Shown: positions 36,346-45,842, counted from the stretch's first letter. The stretch: DNA of 64,000 nt from an uncultured bacterium (GCA_937949615.1 CALEDQ010000008.1:700618-764617); one strand, 5' to 3'. Notes: generated from the sequence alone by a model not told the origin. Numbers and translations are program-made.

Positions 36346-37297
36346 AAAACTCAACCCAATAAAAGCTTTAAACCTGTTCCTGGCCGGGCTTTTGTCTGCC
36401 AGCCTTTTTCTGACTTCGCCTCAGGCAGCGGCAGCAACAGGTTATAATCAAGCTTTCTCAGACTACGAAATATATTCGCTTGGCGATTATAAGCCCCAAA
36501 CGGTGAAAAAACCAGGCCTACTCAAGCCTTCACCGCGCAACGCTCTCAATTCAGAAGGGCTTGGGGGCTTTTTTGTCGGGGTCACCGCCGATAAATTCGA
36601 ATCTGATCAGATCATTCTCAGTTCAAGATACAAGTATCACAAGCTCACCAGCAACCTGGGCACCAGCTTTCACTCGACCGAGAAAGGCTCGGTTTCAACC
36701 TTCGAGTCATCGGTTAACTGGGTCGGCAAATGGGCAGAATGGGCGATAACTGTACCGATTCACGACTGGGAACTCAGTGCTCCAAGAACTTTCGGCGGTT
36801 ATGCCGACAGCAATACCGGCCTCGGAAATATGAAAATCGGCGTAAAAGCAACCTATCTGCCCGACAAAAGCTATTATCGCTTTGCCTATGGGGCTGTGAC
36901 AACCGTTACCACAGGGAATCCCGACAATATGCTGCCGGCCGGCTCAAAAAACAGTGATGAACTCAAACTTTTCGGCTGCGTTACCACCAGCGAAACTGAC
37001 CGCGCGACCGGCAACCTTGAACTGGGCACCGTTATTGATTCAGAAGGTGAAGACGATCGTTTTCTTTACCGCATGGGGCTGAGTTACGAGGCAACCAAAC
37101 ATGTTTCGGTCGTTGGCGAAATTGCCGGAGAAGTGCTTGGTGGCGACGACAAAGACACCCTCGACATGATCCTCGGAATCAGGCTGGCGCCCGGCGAAAA
37201 ATTTACCCTTGAATTCGCCTGGTATCGCAACCTGAGAACTTATCGCAACTACGGCTGGGATGACCAGCTGCAGGCCGGCTACAGTCTGCGCTGGTAA
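36329..37297 (+). CDS. Putative outer-membrane beta-barrel protein
   Basis: Signal peptide ..LFLTSPQAAAA. Alternating-hydrophobicity strands. GLGNMKIGVK-type motif. C-terminal ..AGYSLRW ends in an aromatic residue, as OM barrels do. Non-ATG (TTG) start overlaps the TPR gene by 17 nt, so the start is uncertain. Confidence 0.55.
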   Translation: MLPICKKLNPIKALNLFLAGLLSASLFLTSPQAAAATGYNQAFSDYEIYSLGDYKPQTVKKPGLLKPSPRNALNSEGLGGFFVGVTADKFESDQIILSSRYKYHKLTSNLGTSFHSTEKGSVSTFESSVNWVGKWAEWAITVPIHDWELSAPRTFGGYADSNTGLGNMKIGVKATYLPDKSYYRFAYGAVTTVTTGNPDNMLPAGSKNSDELKLFGCVTTSETDRATGNLELGTVIDSEGEDDRFLYRMGLSYEATKHVSVVGEIAGEVLGGDDKDTLDMILGIRLAPGEKFTLEFAWYRNLRTYRNYGWDDQLQAGYSLRW

Positions 37298-37303
37298 AGC
37301 AGT

Positions 37304-38896
37304 TCAGCGCACGCGCTTTTTCAGCTCGGCAATCATTTCCTGAGCAACCGCCCATTCACGCGAGTTTGCTGGTGCTTTGGCAAAAATCTTTTCAAACCGT
37401 GCAAGGGCCATTTTTCCGGCTTCCTGGTCACCTTTGAGAAGCAGCATGTCGGTATAGGCATTCGCGCTTTTCATCAGCAGCTGCAGATCGTCAGGTGATG
37501 AAGCCAGACCGGTTTCAAGAACAGCCACCGCATCAGAAAGTCGGCTTTCACGGCTGAGACGGTCTGCCTCTTCAACAATCTGTTCGACGCTCATGCGCTT
37601 GAGAACAAAATCGCTGGGTCGCGGCCGGTCTGTTTCTTCGCTGCCGCTGGCAACCGGCGTCTGAGCTGCCGCAGCCATCTGAGCAGCAGTCAGAGCATCT
37701 GCCCGTTCTTTGGCTTTTGCTTCGCGCTCGGCCTGTTCTGCCTCATAGCGTTCGACAATTCTTGAAGCTTCTTCGACAAATTGCGAATTTGCATTTTTTT
37801 TCGCACCGCCACTGGTTTCGAGAAAGCTTTTTAAATCCGGGACAGCCAGATCGAGGTTACCCGAAATATAAATCAGCAAACCACGATAAAACTGACCGTT
37901 TGCCATGCGATTCGGGCGTTCCTTGAGGTATTCAAGCCCTTTTTTGATCAGACCGTTTTCAGGCTCGGCAAGAAAATCACGCTCGGCAAGAATACAGGCG
38001 ACATATAGCTCAAGGGCTTTTTCAACATTGCCGGCATCCAGCTCATCCATGGCCTGATTAAAAATACTTGCACCGGCGCCCTTGCGGGTAGTGCGAAATT
38101 TTTTGCCTTCTTTGCTCTTTTCTTTCTCTTTGGCAAGGCGATCAGAGATTTTTTCAGCCGGTTCTGGCGGCTTCTGCAGATCTGGTTTGGGAGTAGCTGC
38201 AATCTGGGCTGGTTTTTCCGGCTCTGGTTTCGTGTCGGCGGCCGGCTGCCCGCCATAGGCTTTTGGCTGACTGGTTGCCGAATCAACCAGATAAATCTGC
38301 GATTCTTCAAGGCCCGGGAGCAGAGGAACATTGTCACCGCCCTCAGAAAGAGCTCGCAGACGCTGCAAAGCCTGGGCAAACGAAGGGTTCAGCGACAGGG
38401 CTCTGCCGTAACTTTCACGGGCTTCCTGCATACGCCCCATAGCTTCATAGCACAGGCCCATATTGTAGGGAACCCAGTAAGAATCCGGGTTAATTCGTTC
38501 AGCCTGCTTGTAGCAGTGCAGGCTGTCGCGATACTGGCCACTCTTTTTATAAAGAATGCCAAGATTGTTATAGGCATGAAAATTGTCAGGATCGATTCTC
38601 AACAGCACAAAATAAGCCTCGACCGCTTTGACAAAGTTGTTGGCAAGGCTGTATTCCATCGCCAGATTCAGATGCGCCTCGATATCACGGGGGTTATCGA
38701 TAAGTCGCTGCTGCAACTGGTAAATGCGCCCAGCATTGATTGAAGCCTCAAGGCTTACCGGCTGCATCAGAAGACAAAAGCACACCGCGAGAATAAAACT
38801 GCTCGCGGTGTTGGCGAGTCTGAACAGAAGCAATATCAGATCAGATTCAGCGCGCTTCGACAAGAAATTTGATTGCTGTTTTTTCGTTTCCATCAA
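37304..38896 (-). CDS. Membrane-anchored TPR-repeat protein
   Basis: N-terminal hydrophobic segment SSFILAVCFCLLMQP. TPR repeats (NPRDIEAHLNLAMEY.., DPDNFHAYNNLGILY.., NPDSYWVPYNMGLCY.., NPSFAQALQRL). A K/E/P-rich linker. The ATG start overlaps the spoVS 3' end by 50 nt, so the start is uncertain. Confidence 0.7.
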   Translation of the reverse strand: MMETKKQQSNFLSKRAESDLILLLFRLANTASSFILAVCFCLLMQPVSLEASINAGRIYQLQQRLIDNPRDIEAHLNLAMEYSLANNFVKAVEAYFVLLRIDPDNFHAYNNLGILYKKSGQYRDSLHCYKQAERINPDSYWVPYNMGLCYEAMGRMQEARESYGRALSLNPSFAQALQRLRALSEGGDNVPLLPGLEESQIYLVDSATSQPKAYGGQPAADTKPEPEKPAQIAATPKPDLQKPPEPAEKISDRLAKEKEKSKEGKKFRTTRKGAGASIFNQAMDELDAGNVEKALELYVACILAERDFLAEPENGLIKKGLEYLKERPNRMANGQFYRGLLIYISGNLDLAVPDLKSFLETSGGAKKNANSQFVEEASRIVERYEAEQAEREAKAKERADALTAAQMAAAAQTPVASGSEETDRPRPSDFVLKRMSVEQIVEEADRLSRESRLSDAVAVLETGLASSPDDLQLLMKSANAYTDMLLLKGDQEAGKMALARFEKIFAKAPANSREWAVAQEMIAELKKRVR

Positions 38897-39107
38897 TTTC
38901 TATTTTGGCAAAGGCAATCATTGTATAAAGCTCAATGCCCTTTGGTGCGACATAACCTCTGGTTACTGCAATTGATTTTACTGCCTGATTCACGGCCCCT
39001 GCCCCCACTGCCAGCAGTTCTACCTGTTTATCCTGTTCGAGAACTGCAGCAATGGCACCGGCAACCGACTTCGGATTCGACGATGATGCGACTCTGAGTA
39101 TTTCCAT
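38847..39107 (-). CDS. spoVS: SpoVS-family protein
   Basis: MEILRVASSSNPKSVAGAIAAVLEQDKQVELLAVGAGAVNQAVKSIAVTRGYVAPKGIEL..IEIDGNEKTAIKFLVEAR is collinear with the Bacillus SpoVS sequence as I remember it. 86 aa. SD aaaggagag. Confidence 0.85.
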   Translation of the reverse strand: MEILRVASSSNPKSVAGAIAAVLEQDKQVELLAVGAGAVNQAVKSIAVTRGYVAPKGIELYTMIAFAKIEIDGNEKTAIKFLVEAR

Positions 39108-39170
39108 CTTGAGCCTCTCCTTTAGCTATGTTAAAAACCCAACAACCTCTTCACACTAAAATTATAAACA

Positions 39171-39200
39171 AAAAAGGCATTAATATGCAAACGCTTTATT
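39171..39200 (-). promoter_or_regulatory. Candidate sigma70 promoter for spoVS
   Basis: Minus strand TTGCAT, 17 nt, TTATAAT, about 60 nt upstream of the spoVS ATG. Confidence 0.45.
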
Positions 39201-39297
39201 GATTGCGCGTACAATCTGAGACGGCCTCCGATTTTTCCATACCCACAAACCCCCATGGCGAGCGGTTTTCAGAGCCGCGCTCAACAAACAGTCAGAA

Positions 39298-39340
39298 ATA
39301 AAAAACAGGGGCTGCCTCACTCAATTGTGAAACAGCCCCT
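39298..39340 (-). terminator. Rho-independent terminator after fabF
   Basis: Minus strand stem aggggctg / cagcccct followed by gtttttt. It lies 16 nt after the fabF stop. Confidence 0.65.
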
Positions 39341-39355
39341 TTAGAATCATTGAAT

Positions 39356-40594
39356 TTATTCTGGCTTTACAAACAAAACGCTGGCGTTCTGGCCGCCGAA
39401 ACCGAATGAGTTGACCAGGCCACCGTCAATCTGCTTGTTCTTGGCAGAAAGTGGCGCAAGATCAAGATCCTGCAGTTCAGGATCGACATTTTCAAGGTTG
39501 ATGGTCGGGTGAATGAAGCCCTGCTGCATCTGCAGAATTGTAGCGACTGAGCCTACCGCCCCGGCGGCACCGAGCAAATGTCCGATCATCGACTTGGTTG
39601 AATTGATGGTAATATTGCCAACTTTGTCGCCAAAAACGCGGCGTACGGCTTTCATTTCGGCCAGATCGCCAATCGGGGTACTGGTTCCATGAGCGTTAAC
39701 ATAATTGATACGCTCGATCGGGAAATTCATAAAATTGATTGCCTTCATCATGGCACGATATCCACCTTCACCCTCTGGATGAGGGGCGGTCAGGTGGTAA
39801 GCATCTGCAGTTGCACCATAACCCTTTATTTCGGCAAGAACTCTGGCCCCGCGACGGCGGGCGCTTTCTTCGCTCTCGATAACGAGAACGCCGGCCCCTT
39901 CGCCCATGACAAAACCATCACGGTCTTTATCGAAAGGTCTTGAGGCTCTTTCTGGTTCGCCGTTGCGCGTAGACAGGGCTTTCATCTTGGCAAAACCCGC
40001 AACGGTCAGAGGGGTAATCGCTGATTCAGCACCACCGCAGACCATAATGTCACATTCATCATGAATAATCTTGAGAAAAGCTTCACCGATACCATGCAGA
40101 CCAGAGGCACAGGCAGAGACTACGCAATAATTCGGGCCATTGAAGCCATATTCCATGGCGATGCAGCCGGCTGATATATTGCAGATCATCATCGGAACCA
40201 GAAATGGACTGACACGGCTCGGACCACTGGTGCGACAGGTTTCAAATTCTTCTTCAAACGTATGAATGCCGCCAATACCGGTTGACACAGTAACACCGAC
40301 CCTGAAAGAATCATAATTCTTCTCTTTGAGACCGGCCATATCAACGGCCATAGCAGCGGCCGACATCGCGAACTGTGAATAGCGATCATGACGGCGCACT
40401 TCTTTTTTATTCATATACTGCTCAGGATCAAAATTCTTCACCTGGCCGGCAATCTGAACCGAATGCTTTGATGCATCAAAACAGCTGATCGGACTGACGC
40501 CGCTTTTGCCCTGTCTGAGGCTTTCTGCAAGCTGGTCGACTCCGATGCCAATCGGGGTCACTGCCCCAATGCCTGTGACAAAAACGCGTTTCAT
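39356..40594 (-). CDS. fabF: 3-oxoacyl-ACP synthase II
   Basis: Active-site VVSACASGLH, plus HGTSTPIGD and GHLLGAAG (Cys-His-His triad context). 412 aa. Confidence 0.9.
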   Translation of the reverse strand: MKRVFVTGIGAVTPIGIGVDQLAESLRQGKSGVSPISCFDASKHSVQIAGQVKNFDPEQYMNKKEVRRHDRYSQFAMSAAAMAVDMAGLKEKNYDSFRVGVTVSTGIGGIHTFEEEFETCRTSGPSRVSPFLVPMMICNISAGCIAMEYGFNGPNYCVVSACASGLHGIGEAFLKIIHDECDIMVCGGAESAITPLTVAGFAKMKALSTRNGEPERASRPFDKDRDGFVMGEGAGVLVIESEESARRRGARVLAEIKGYGATADAYHLTAPHPEGEGGYRAMMKAINFMNFPIERINYVNAHGTSTPIGDLAEMKAVRRVFGDKVGNITINSTKSMIGHLLGAAGAVGSVATILQMQQGFIHPTINLENVDPELQDLDLAPLSAKNKQIDGGLVNSFGFGGQNASVLFVKPE

Positions 40595-40722
40595 TTTGTT
40601 GTCCTCCTGAGTCTGTCTAAAAAAGTTACAAAAGGTTTGTACCAGAGTTGAGCTGTTGAGTCAATAGCAAATCACCGGAAACCCGGCAAAGTGAAAACTA
40701 GTTAAAAAGAGAGTTTTGTCGC

Positions 40723-41673
40723 TTAATTGCGATATTCGAGACCTTTGAAAAACATCTCGAAAATTTCTGCGACCGAAAGAATCTCGTTAATGCGGTAAAC
40801 ATGTTCTCCGGCGAAAACGAGACCTTTTTCAAGATCACCGGCCCTGGCATCGATCAGGGCCTGAATAATACAGAAACGTCTTGAGCACTTCTTGAGGCAG
40901 CTGATACATTTCGGGTGATGCGCCTTGTCGGCGGCGACCTTGTCGGTGAAAGGTGTCGGAAGTGCGTTGCCCCAGAGACCAACCGGGCTCATGATGCGAA
41001 AAACATCGCCTTTTTTGGCTTTCAGGTAGGTATCATGAAATGGCTTTTCAACATTGGCTTCGAAACTTGCGGCAAAACGGGTACCAACCTGAACGCCGTC
41101 AGCACCGAAATTGAAAGCGTCGATAATGTCCTGCTGATCGATGATGCCGCCGGCAAGAAGAACCGGAATGCTCACGGCCTTTTTCACTTCAGGAAAAATG
41201 TCTCTGGCCAGGCGCTCGGTTCCGAGGTGGCCGCCGGCTTCACTGCCTTCGACAACTACGGCAGAAGCCCCCAGTTTTTCAGCGAGGGCAGCGACACGGT
41301 CACTCGAAACAATCGGCACTACCGGAATATCGAAGTCGCGGCCAATGTCGAAGATATCGCGGGAAAAGCCAGCGCCGGCAATCAAAGCATCGATTCCGGC
41401 CTCAGCGGCGGCTTTCATTACCGGAGCGAATCCTGATGCTGCCACCATGGTGTTGATACCAACTATACCGCCATTGGCAATACTTCTGGCAATTTTGATC
41501 TCATTGCGCACTTCTTCTGGCTCCATGCCTGAACCAGCGATAAGGCCAATGCCTCCTTCGCGGGCTACCGATCCGGCAAGCTTGCCGGTAGAGACACGAA
41601 TAGCCATGCCCCCCTGCATGAGTGGGTATTTTGGCTGCAATTTACCAATTTTGAGTCGTGGCAGAATTTTCAC
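40723..41673 (-). CDS. NMO/2-nitropropane-dioxygenase-family FMN oxidoreductase (FabK-like) with a Cys-rich C-terminal segment
   Basis: YPLMQGGMAIRVS and EGSEAGGHLG motifs. CISCLKKCSRRFC lies near the C-terminus. Preferred GTG start at 41673 with GGAG upstream. The ORF-track ATG at 41724 is also possible. Confidence 0.7.
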   Translation of the reverse strand: MKILPRLKIGKLQPKYPLMQGGMAIRVSTGKLAGSVAREGGIGLIAGSGMEPEEVRNEIKIARSIANGGIVGINTMVAASGFAPVMKAAAEAGIDALIAGAGFSRDIFDIGRDFDIPVVPIVSSDRVAALAEKLGASAVVVEGSEAGGHLGTERLARDIFPEVKKAVSIPVLLAGGIIDQQDIIDAFNFGADGVQVGTRFAASFEANVEKPFHDTYLKAKKGDVFRIMSPVGLWGNALPTPFTDKVAADKAHHPKCISCLKKCSRRFCIIQALIDARAGDLEKGLVFAGEHVYRINEILSVAEIFEMFFKGLEYRN

Positions 41674-41738
41674 CTGAATCTCCAGTAACACTGCCGGCCG
41701 GTTTAAACAAAAACCGGCCGGCAAGCTTATGTTTTCTA

Positions 41739-41975
41739 TCAGCCTTTTTTGTTGGTAATGTAATCAACCGCGTCTTTAACGGTTTTCAGTTTTTCGGCAT
41801 CTTCATCGGGAATTTCGATTTCGAAATGCTCTTCGAGGTCCATTACCAGCTCAACAGTGTCAAGACTGTCGGCGCCAAGATCTTCAATAAAACTGGCTTC
41901 AAGGGTGACCTGTTTTTCATCGACCTGGAGCTTGTCAACAACGATTCTTTTGATTTCTTCAAAATAGTTACTCAT
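41739..41975 (-). CDS. acpP: Acyl carrier protein
   Basis: [18 protein letters not shown] phosphopantetheine-attachment motif. 78 aa. Confidence 0.95.
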   Translation of the reverse strand: MSNYFEEIKRIVVDKLQVDEKQVTLEASFIEDLGADSLDTVELVMDLEEHFEIEIPDEDAEKLKTVKDAVDYITNKKG

Positions 41976-42007
41976 TTAATAATTCCTCCTGAAAATTTGC
42001 GGACGGG

Positions 42008-42769
42008 TCAGGACATTACCATGCCGCCATCGACGGTCAGTACCTGCCCTGTGATATACGATGCCTTGTCTGAGGCCAGAAAAACCACGGCGTTGGCGAC
42101 GTCGCGGGGATTTCCAAAACTGTTTAACGGAATCTGTGCCAGCATCTGTTCTTTAACCTTCTCGGGAAGAACAGCAGTCATATCAGAATTGATGAAACCA
42201 GGAGCAATTGCATTCGAACGAATGCCCTTGCGACCGAATTCTTTGGCGAAGCTCTTGGTGAAACCAATGATGCCAGCCTTGCTGGCCGCATAATTTGCCT
42301 GACCGGCGTTACCCATCAGACCAATAACGGATGCGATGTTGATTACCGAACCGCCCTTCTGCTTCAACATGGTTCTGACAACAGCCTTTGACATCAAAAA
42401 AGTGCCCTTGAGGTTGATTTTGAGAACCAGGTCCCAGGCGTCTTCATCCATGCGCATCAGCAGACCGTCACGAGTAATGCCGGCATTGTTCACCAGCACG
42501 TCAATGCGACCAAAAGCCGCAACGGCAGCTTCGGTAAGCTTTTCGGCATCTTCGGATTTGGATACGTCAGCTTTGCATGTTGCGACGGTCATCTTTGCAG
42601 CTTCAAGTTCGGCTTTTGCCTTGGCAAGGCCCTCTTCATTGATATCAGAGAGAACGACACGATAACCGGCTTCACCCATGGCACGGGCAATTTCAAGACC
42701 GATCCCGCGGGCAGAACCAGTTACAATCGCGACTGGCCTTTCTGCTGCAGTGTTTTCTGAACTGTTCAT
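42008..42769 (-). CDS. fabG: 3-oxoacyl-ACP reductase
   Basis: TGSARGIG, NNAGITRD and YAASKAG (Y-x3-K) SDR motifs. Position between fabD and acpP. Confidence 0.9.
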   Translation of the reverse strand: MNSSENTAAERPVAIVTGSARGIGLEIARAMGEAGYRVVLSDINEEGLAKAKAELEAAKMTVATCKADVSKSEDAEKLTEAAVAAFGRIDVLVNNAGITRDGLLMRMDEDAWDLVLKINLKGTFLMSKAVVRTMLKQKGGSVINIASVIGLMGNAGQANYAASKAGIIGFTKSFAKEFGRKGIRSNAIAPGFINSDMTAVLPEKVKEQMLAQIPLNSFGNPRDVANAVVFLASDKASYITGQVLTVDGGMVMS

Positions 42770-42797
42770 GCTTACCTCGTATAAACTATTGTAATTA

Positions 42798-42817
42798 AAT
42801 AACAGGTGGCTGTTATT
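42798..42817. promoter_or_regulatory. Perfect 8-bp inverted repeat in the fabD-fabG gap (operator or attenuator hairpin candidate)
   Basis: aataacag-gtgg-ctgttatt. On the minus strand it sits just downstream of a TTGACA-containing promoter-like sequence (cttgacaaactcacactaaaagctgtaat). Confidence 0.3.
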
Positions 42818-42851
42818 ACAGCTTTTAGTGTGAGTTTGTCAAGCCTGATTT

Positions 42852-43784
42852 TCAGAAAGCCTGATTTGCCTGCAACAGTTGTTCAAGAGTCTGCGGGTCG
42901 GCAGCAAAAGAGGTATTCACCGAAGGCGCAATTTTCTTATTCAGCCCGGCAAGAACTTTTCCGGGACCGACTTCAACGAACTCAGACACGCCGTGAGTCA
43001 GCATATTGTTGACAGCATCTTCATAACGCACCGAACCGGTAATCTGATCGAGCAGCTTTCTTTTCAGTTCTGAAGCAGAAACTGTCGGCTGAGCATCGAC
43101 GTTACAGAAAACCGGAACCCTGGCATTACTGAAGCTTATCTTTTCAAGCTCAACAGCAACCTGGTCGCGAGCCTTCTGCATCAGGGGCGAATGAAATGGC
43201 CCCGAAACTTCAAGCGAAACGACCTTGCGGGCGCCTCTGGCAGTAGCCAGTTCACCAGCTTTTTTGACCGCAGCGGTCAGACCAGAAATAACCAGCTGCC
43301 CCGGGCAATTGTAATTGGCAATCTGGCAGGTACCTTCAGCTGAAGCTTCACGACAGACCTGTTCGAGCTCCTCGCGGCCAAGCATCATGACAGCACTCAT
43401 GGCACCGGTTCCTGCCGGGCAGGCTTCTTCCATGGCACGGGCGCGCACATCAACCAGTCTGATCAAATCTTCAAAAGAAGCAACACCGGCAGCAAAAAGC
43501 GCATTATACTCGCCAAGACTATGGCCGGCAGTAGCACCGTATTCCCAGCTGTTTTTTCTCAGCCATTCAGTGAGAATGGCCGAGGTAAGAAAAATCGCCG
43601 GCTGCGTGTTAACCGTTTTTTTAAGCTCTTCTTCCGGGCCGTTATAACAGATTTCGCTGAGACGACGGCCAAGAATTGCATCGGCGCGGGCAGCCATTTC
43701 AGCAGCCCACGGAAAAGTTTCAACCATGGCTTTTGCCATACCGACTTTCTGAGAGCCCTGACCAGGAAAAATCAATGCTTTCAT
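42852..43784 (-). CDS. fabD: Malonyl-CoA:ACP transacylase
   Basis: FPGQGSQ and GHSLGEYNAL active-site motifs. Confidence 0.9.
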   Translation of the reverse strand: MKALIFPGQGSQKVGMAKAMVETFPWAAEMAARADAILGRRLSEICYNGPEEELKKTVNTQPAIFLTSAILTEWLRKNSWEYGATAGHSLGEYNALFAAGVASFEDLIRLVDVRARAMEEACPAGTGAMSAVMMLGREELEQVCREASAEGTCQIANYNCPGQLVISGLTAAVKKAGELATARGARKVVSLEVSGPFHSPLMQKARDQVAVELEKISFSNARVPVFCNVDAQPTVSASELKRKLLDQITGSVRYEDAVNNMLTHGVSEFVEVGPGKVLAGLNKKIAPSVNTSFAADPQTLEQLLQANQAF

Positions 43785-43799
43785 GCTTCTACTCCCGTA

Positions 43800-44756
43800 T
43801 CAGCTTTTTTTGACGGGCCGAAACTGCTGGAGACGCTCGAAAACCTTGTAATAATCAGTTTCGATACTCTGAATGATCTCGGCGGCGGTCTCTTCACGAT
43901 TCAACATGCCGCTGATCTGGCCGGCCATAACCGAACCTTCTTCAGTATTTCCGTCGACAACTGACATTTTGAGACGGCCACGACCAAGTTCTTCTAGTTC
44001 TTCAGGTGAAGCACCTTTATATTCTTTTTCAAGATACTCTTTGGTCAGCCGGTTGCGAATAACACGCACCGGGTGCCCGAGAGTCACACCAGTCGTGACT
44101 GTGTCGCGATCTTTGGCCTTAAGAACCGATTCTTTGTAATTCGGGTGTGCGTGGCACTCTTTGGCAAGAATGAATCTGGTGCCCATCTGAACGGCTTCGG
44201 CACCAAGTGCAAAAGCAGCCGCAACACCGCGACCATCCGCAATGCCGCCGGCAGCAATCACCGGAATTGAAACCGCATCGACAATCTGTGGAATCAGAAC
44301 CATGGTGGTAATTTCACCAACATGCCCGCCAGATTCATGGCCTTCGGCAATCAGAGCGTCGACGCCCGACCGTTCAAGGCGTTTTGCCAGAGCGACAGAA
44401 GAAACAACCGGAATTACCTTGATGCCTTCGTCTTTAAAACGCTTAACCAGCGGCCCGGGATTACCGGCACCGGTAGTGACGACCGGAACTTTTTCCTGAA
44501 GACAAACTTCGACGACTCCAGGAGCGGTTGGCATCATCAACATGATATTGACACCAAACGGTTTGTCGGTAAGACTTTTGATCTTGTGAATTTCCTGACG
44601 CACAAGTTCGGGGTCAAGCGAACCTGAGCCGAAAACACCGAGACCACCAGCGTTGCTGACGGCCGCAACAAGATTGGCTGAGCTGACCCAGGCCATACCG
44701 CCCTGAAAAATGGGATATTTGATGCCAAGAAGCTTGGTAATTCTGGTTTCTATCAT
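43800..44756 (-). CDS. fabK: Enoyl-ACP reductase II (FMN-dependent)
   Basis: From memory it is collinear with streptococcal FabK: ITKLLGIKYPIFQGGMAWVS, KPFGVNIML, VVTTGAGNP, AEGHESGGHVG, IPVIAAGGIADGRG, AEAVQMGTRF, HPNYKE. Confidence 0.85.
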   Translation of the reverse strand: MIETRITKLLGIKYPIFQGGMAWVSSANLVAAVSNAGGLGVFGSGSLDPELVRQEIHKIKSLTDKPFGVNIMLMMPTAPGVVEVCLQEKVPVVTTGAGNPGPLVKRFKDEGIKVIPVVSSVALAKRLERSGVDALIAEGHESGGHVGEITTMVLIPQIVDAVSIPVIAAGGIADGRGVAAAFALGAEAVQMGTRFILAKECHAHPNYKESVLKAKDRDTVTTGVTLGHPVRVIRNRLTKEYLEKEYKGASPEELEELGRGRLKMSVVDGNTEEGSVMAGQISGMLNREETAAEIIQSIETDYYKVFERLQQFRPVKKS

Positions 44757-44814
44757 AATCGCAGAGAATCTCCCTTGAAAAAATCAGCAGGCCCCGACTG
44801 AATGGCTCTCCTGC

Positions 44815-45825
44815 CTATGCTGGTGCCCCCGATTCATTCATCTGGCCTTCTTTTTCGACCTGACTGTGGATCAGATTGATAACACCGGTTGAGGCACAAC
44901 TGGCTGCCAGAGTCAAAGCATTCGCAATCACCGGAGCTTTTGATTTGCCATGGCAGACAATTGAGACGCCGTTAATACCCAGTAATGGGGCGGCGCTGTA
45001 TTCAGGAGCATCTGGACTGAATTTTTTCAGCCCGGCCTTAAGAGCCATCAATTTTTCCGGGGCAATTTCTGCCCCCTTTGCGGCCTTGAAAAGGGCTCCC
45101 TGAATCAGTTCTGAAATACTCTCACTGGCTTTGAGCAGCACATTGCCGACAAAACCATCGCAAACCACCACATGGGCCTTGCCATAGTAGAGATGATCTG
45201 CTTCAACGTTACCGATAAAGTTCAGCGAACTATGCTTGAGAGATTCGAATACACTCTTGGTCAGTTCGTTTCCCTTTGATTCTTCTTCGCCAATGCTCAA
45301 AACACCGACTTTCGGTTTTTTGATACCGCAGACCTTTTCATAATAAGCGGCACCCATCAGAGCAAACTGCAGAAGATGCGGCGCCCGGCTGTCAACATTA
45401 GCACCAACATCGAGCAGCAGAACCCCGTAATTTTCTGAGGTCGGAAGCATTACTGCAATTGCAGGACGCTCGACACCAGGAATACGCCCGATTTCAAGCA
45501 GAGAGGCGGCCATCTGGGCGCCGGTACTGCCAGCCGAAAGAAGCGCATCAGCCTTGCCTTCGCGTACAAGACGAGCCGCCACTGCAATAGAGGCATTCTT
45601 CTTTTTACGAAGAGCCTGCAGCGGCGCCTCACCCATCTCTACCACTTCGGATGTGTCGTAAATCTCACATCCGGCCGGCAGTTCTGGCATGATCTCGCGA
45701 ATGGCCGATTCTTTTCCGACAAGTATCAGACTGGCGGTCCCGCCTGAGGTCAGATACGATCGAGCTCCCGATACCAGTTCCTGGGGGGCGTAGTCCCCAC
45801 CCATGACATCAACGGCGATTTTCAT
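44815..45825 (-). CDS. plsX: Phosphate acyltransferase
   Basis: MKIAVDVMGGDYAP N-terminal signature. Position directly after rpmF. Confidence 0.9.
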   Translation of the reverse strand: MKIAVDVMGGDYAPQELVSGARSYLTSGGTASLILVGKESAIREIMPELPAGCEIYDTSEVVEMGEAPLQALRKKKNASIAVAARLVREGKADALLSAGSTGAQMAASLLEIGRIPGVERPAIAVMLPTSENYGVLLLDVGANVDSRAPHLLQFALMGAAYYEKVCGIKKPKVGVLSIGEEESKGNELTKSVFESLKHSSLNFIGNVEADHLYYGKAHVVVCDGFVGNVLLKASESISELIQGALFKAAKGAEIAPEKLMALKAGLKKFSPDAPEYSAAPLLGINGVSIVCHGKSKAPVIANALTLAASCASTGVINLIHSQVEKEGQMNESGAPA

Positions 45826-45842
45826 TCGCTATTTTACCGGTA

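Noticed and set aside
41141-42293. 178-aa and 211-aa plus-strand ORFs overlapping the NMO-like gene, acpP and fabG
   Set aside because: They are antisense to three genes with unambiguous conserved motifs. One of them would span an intergenic gap and two genes. They are shadow ORFs.
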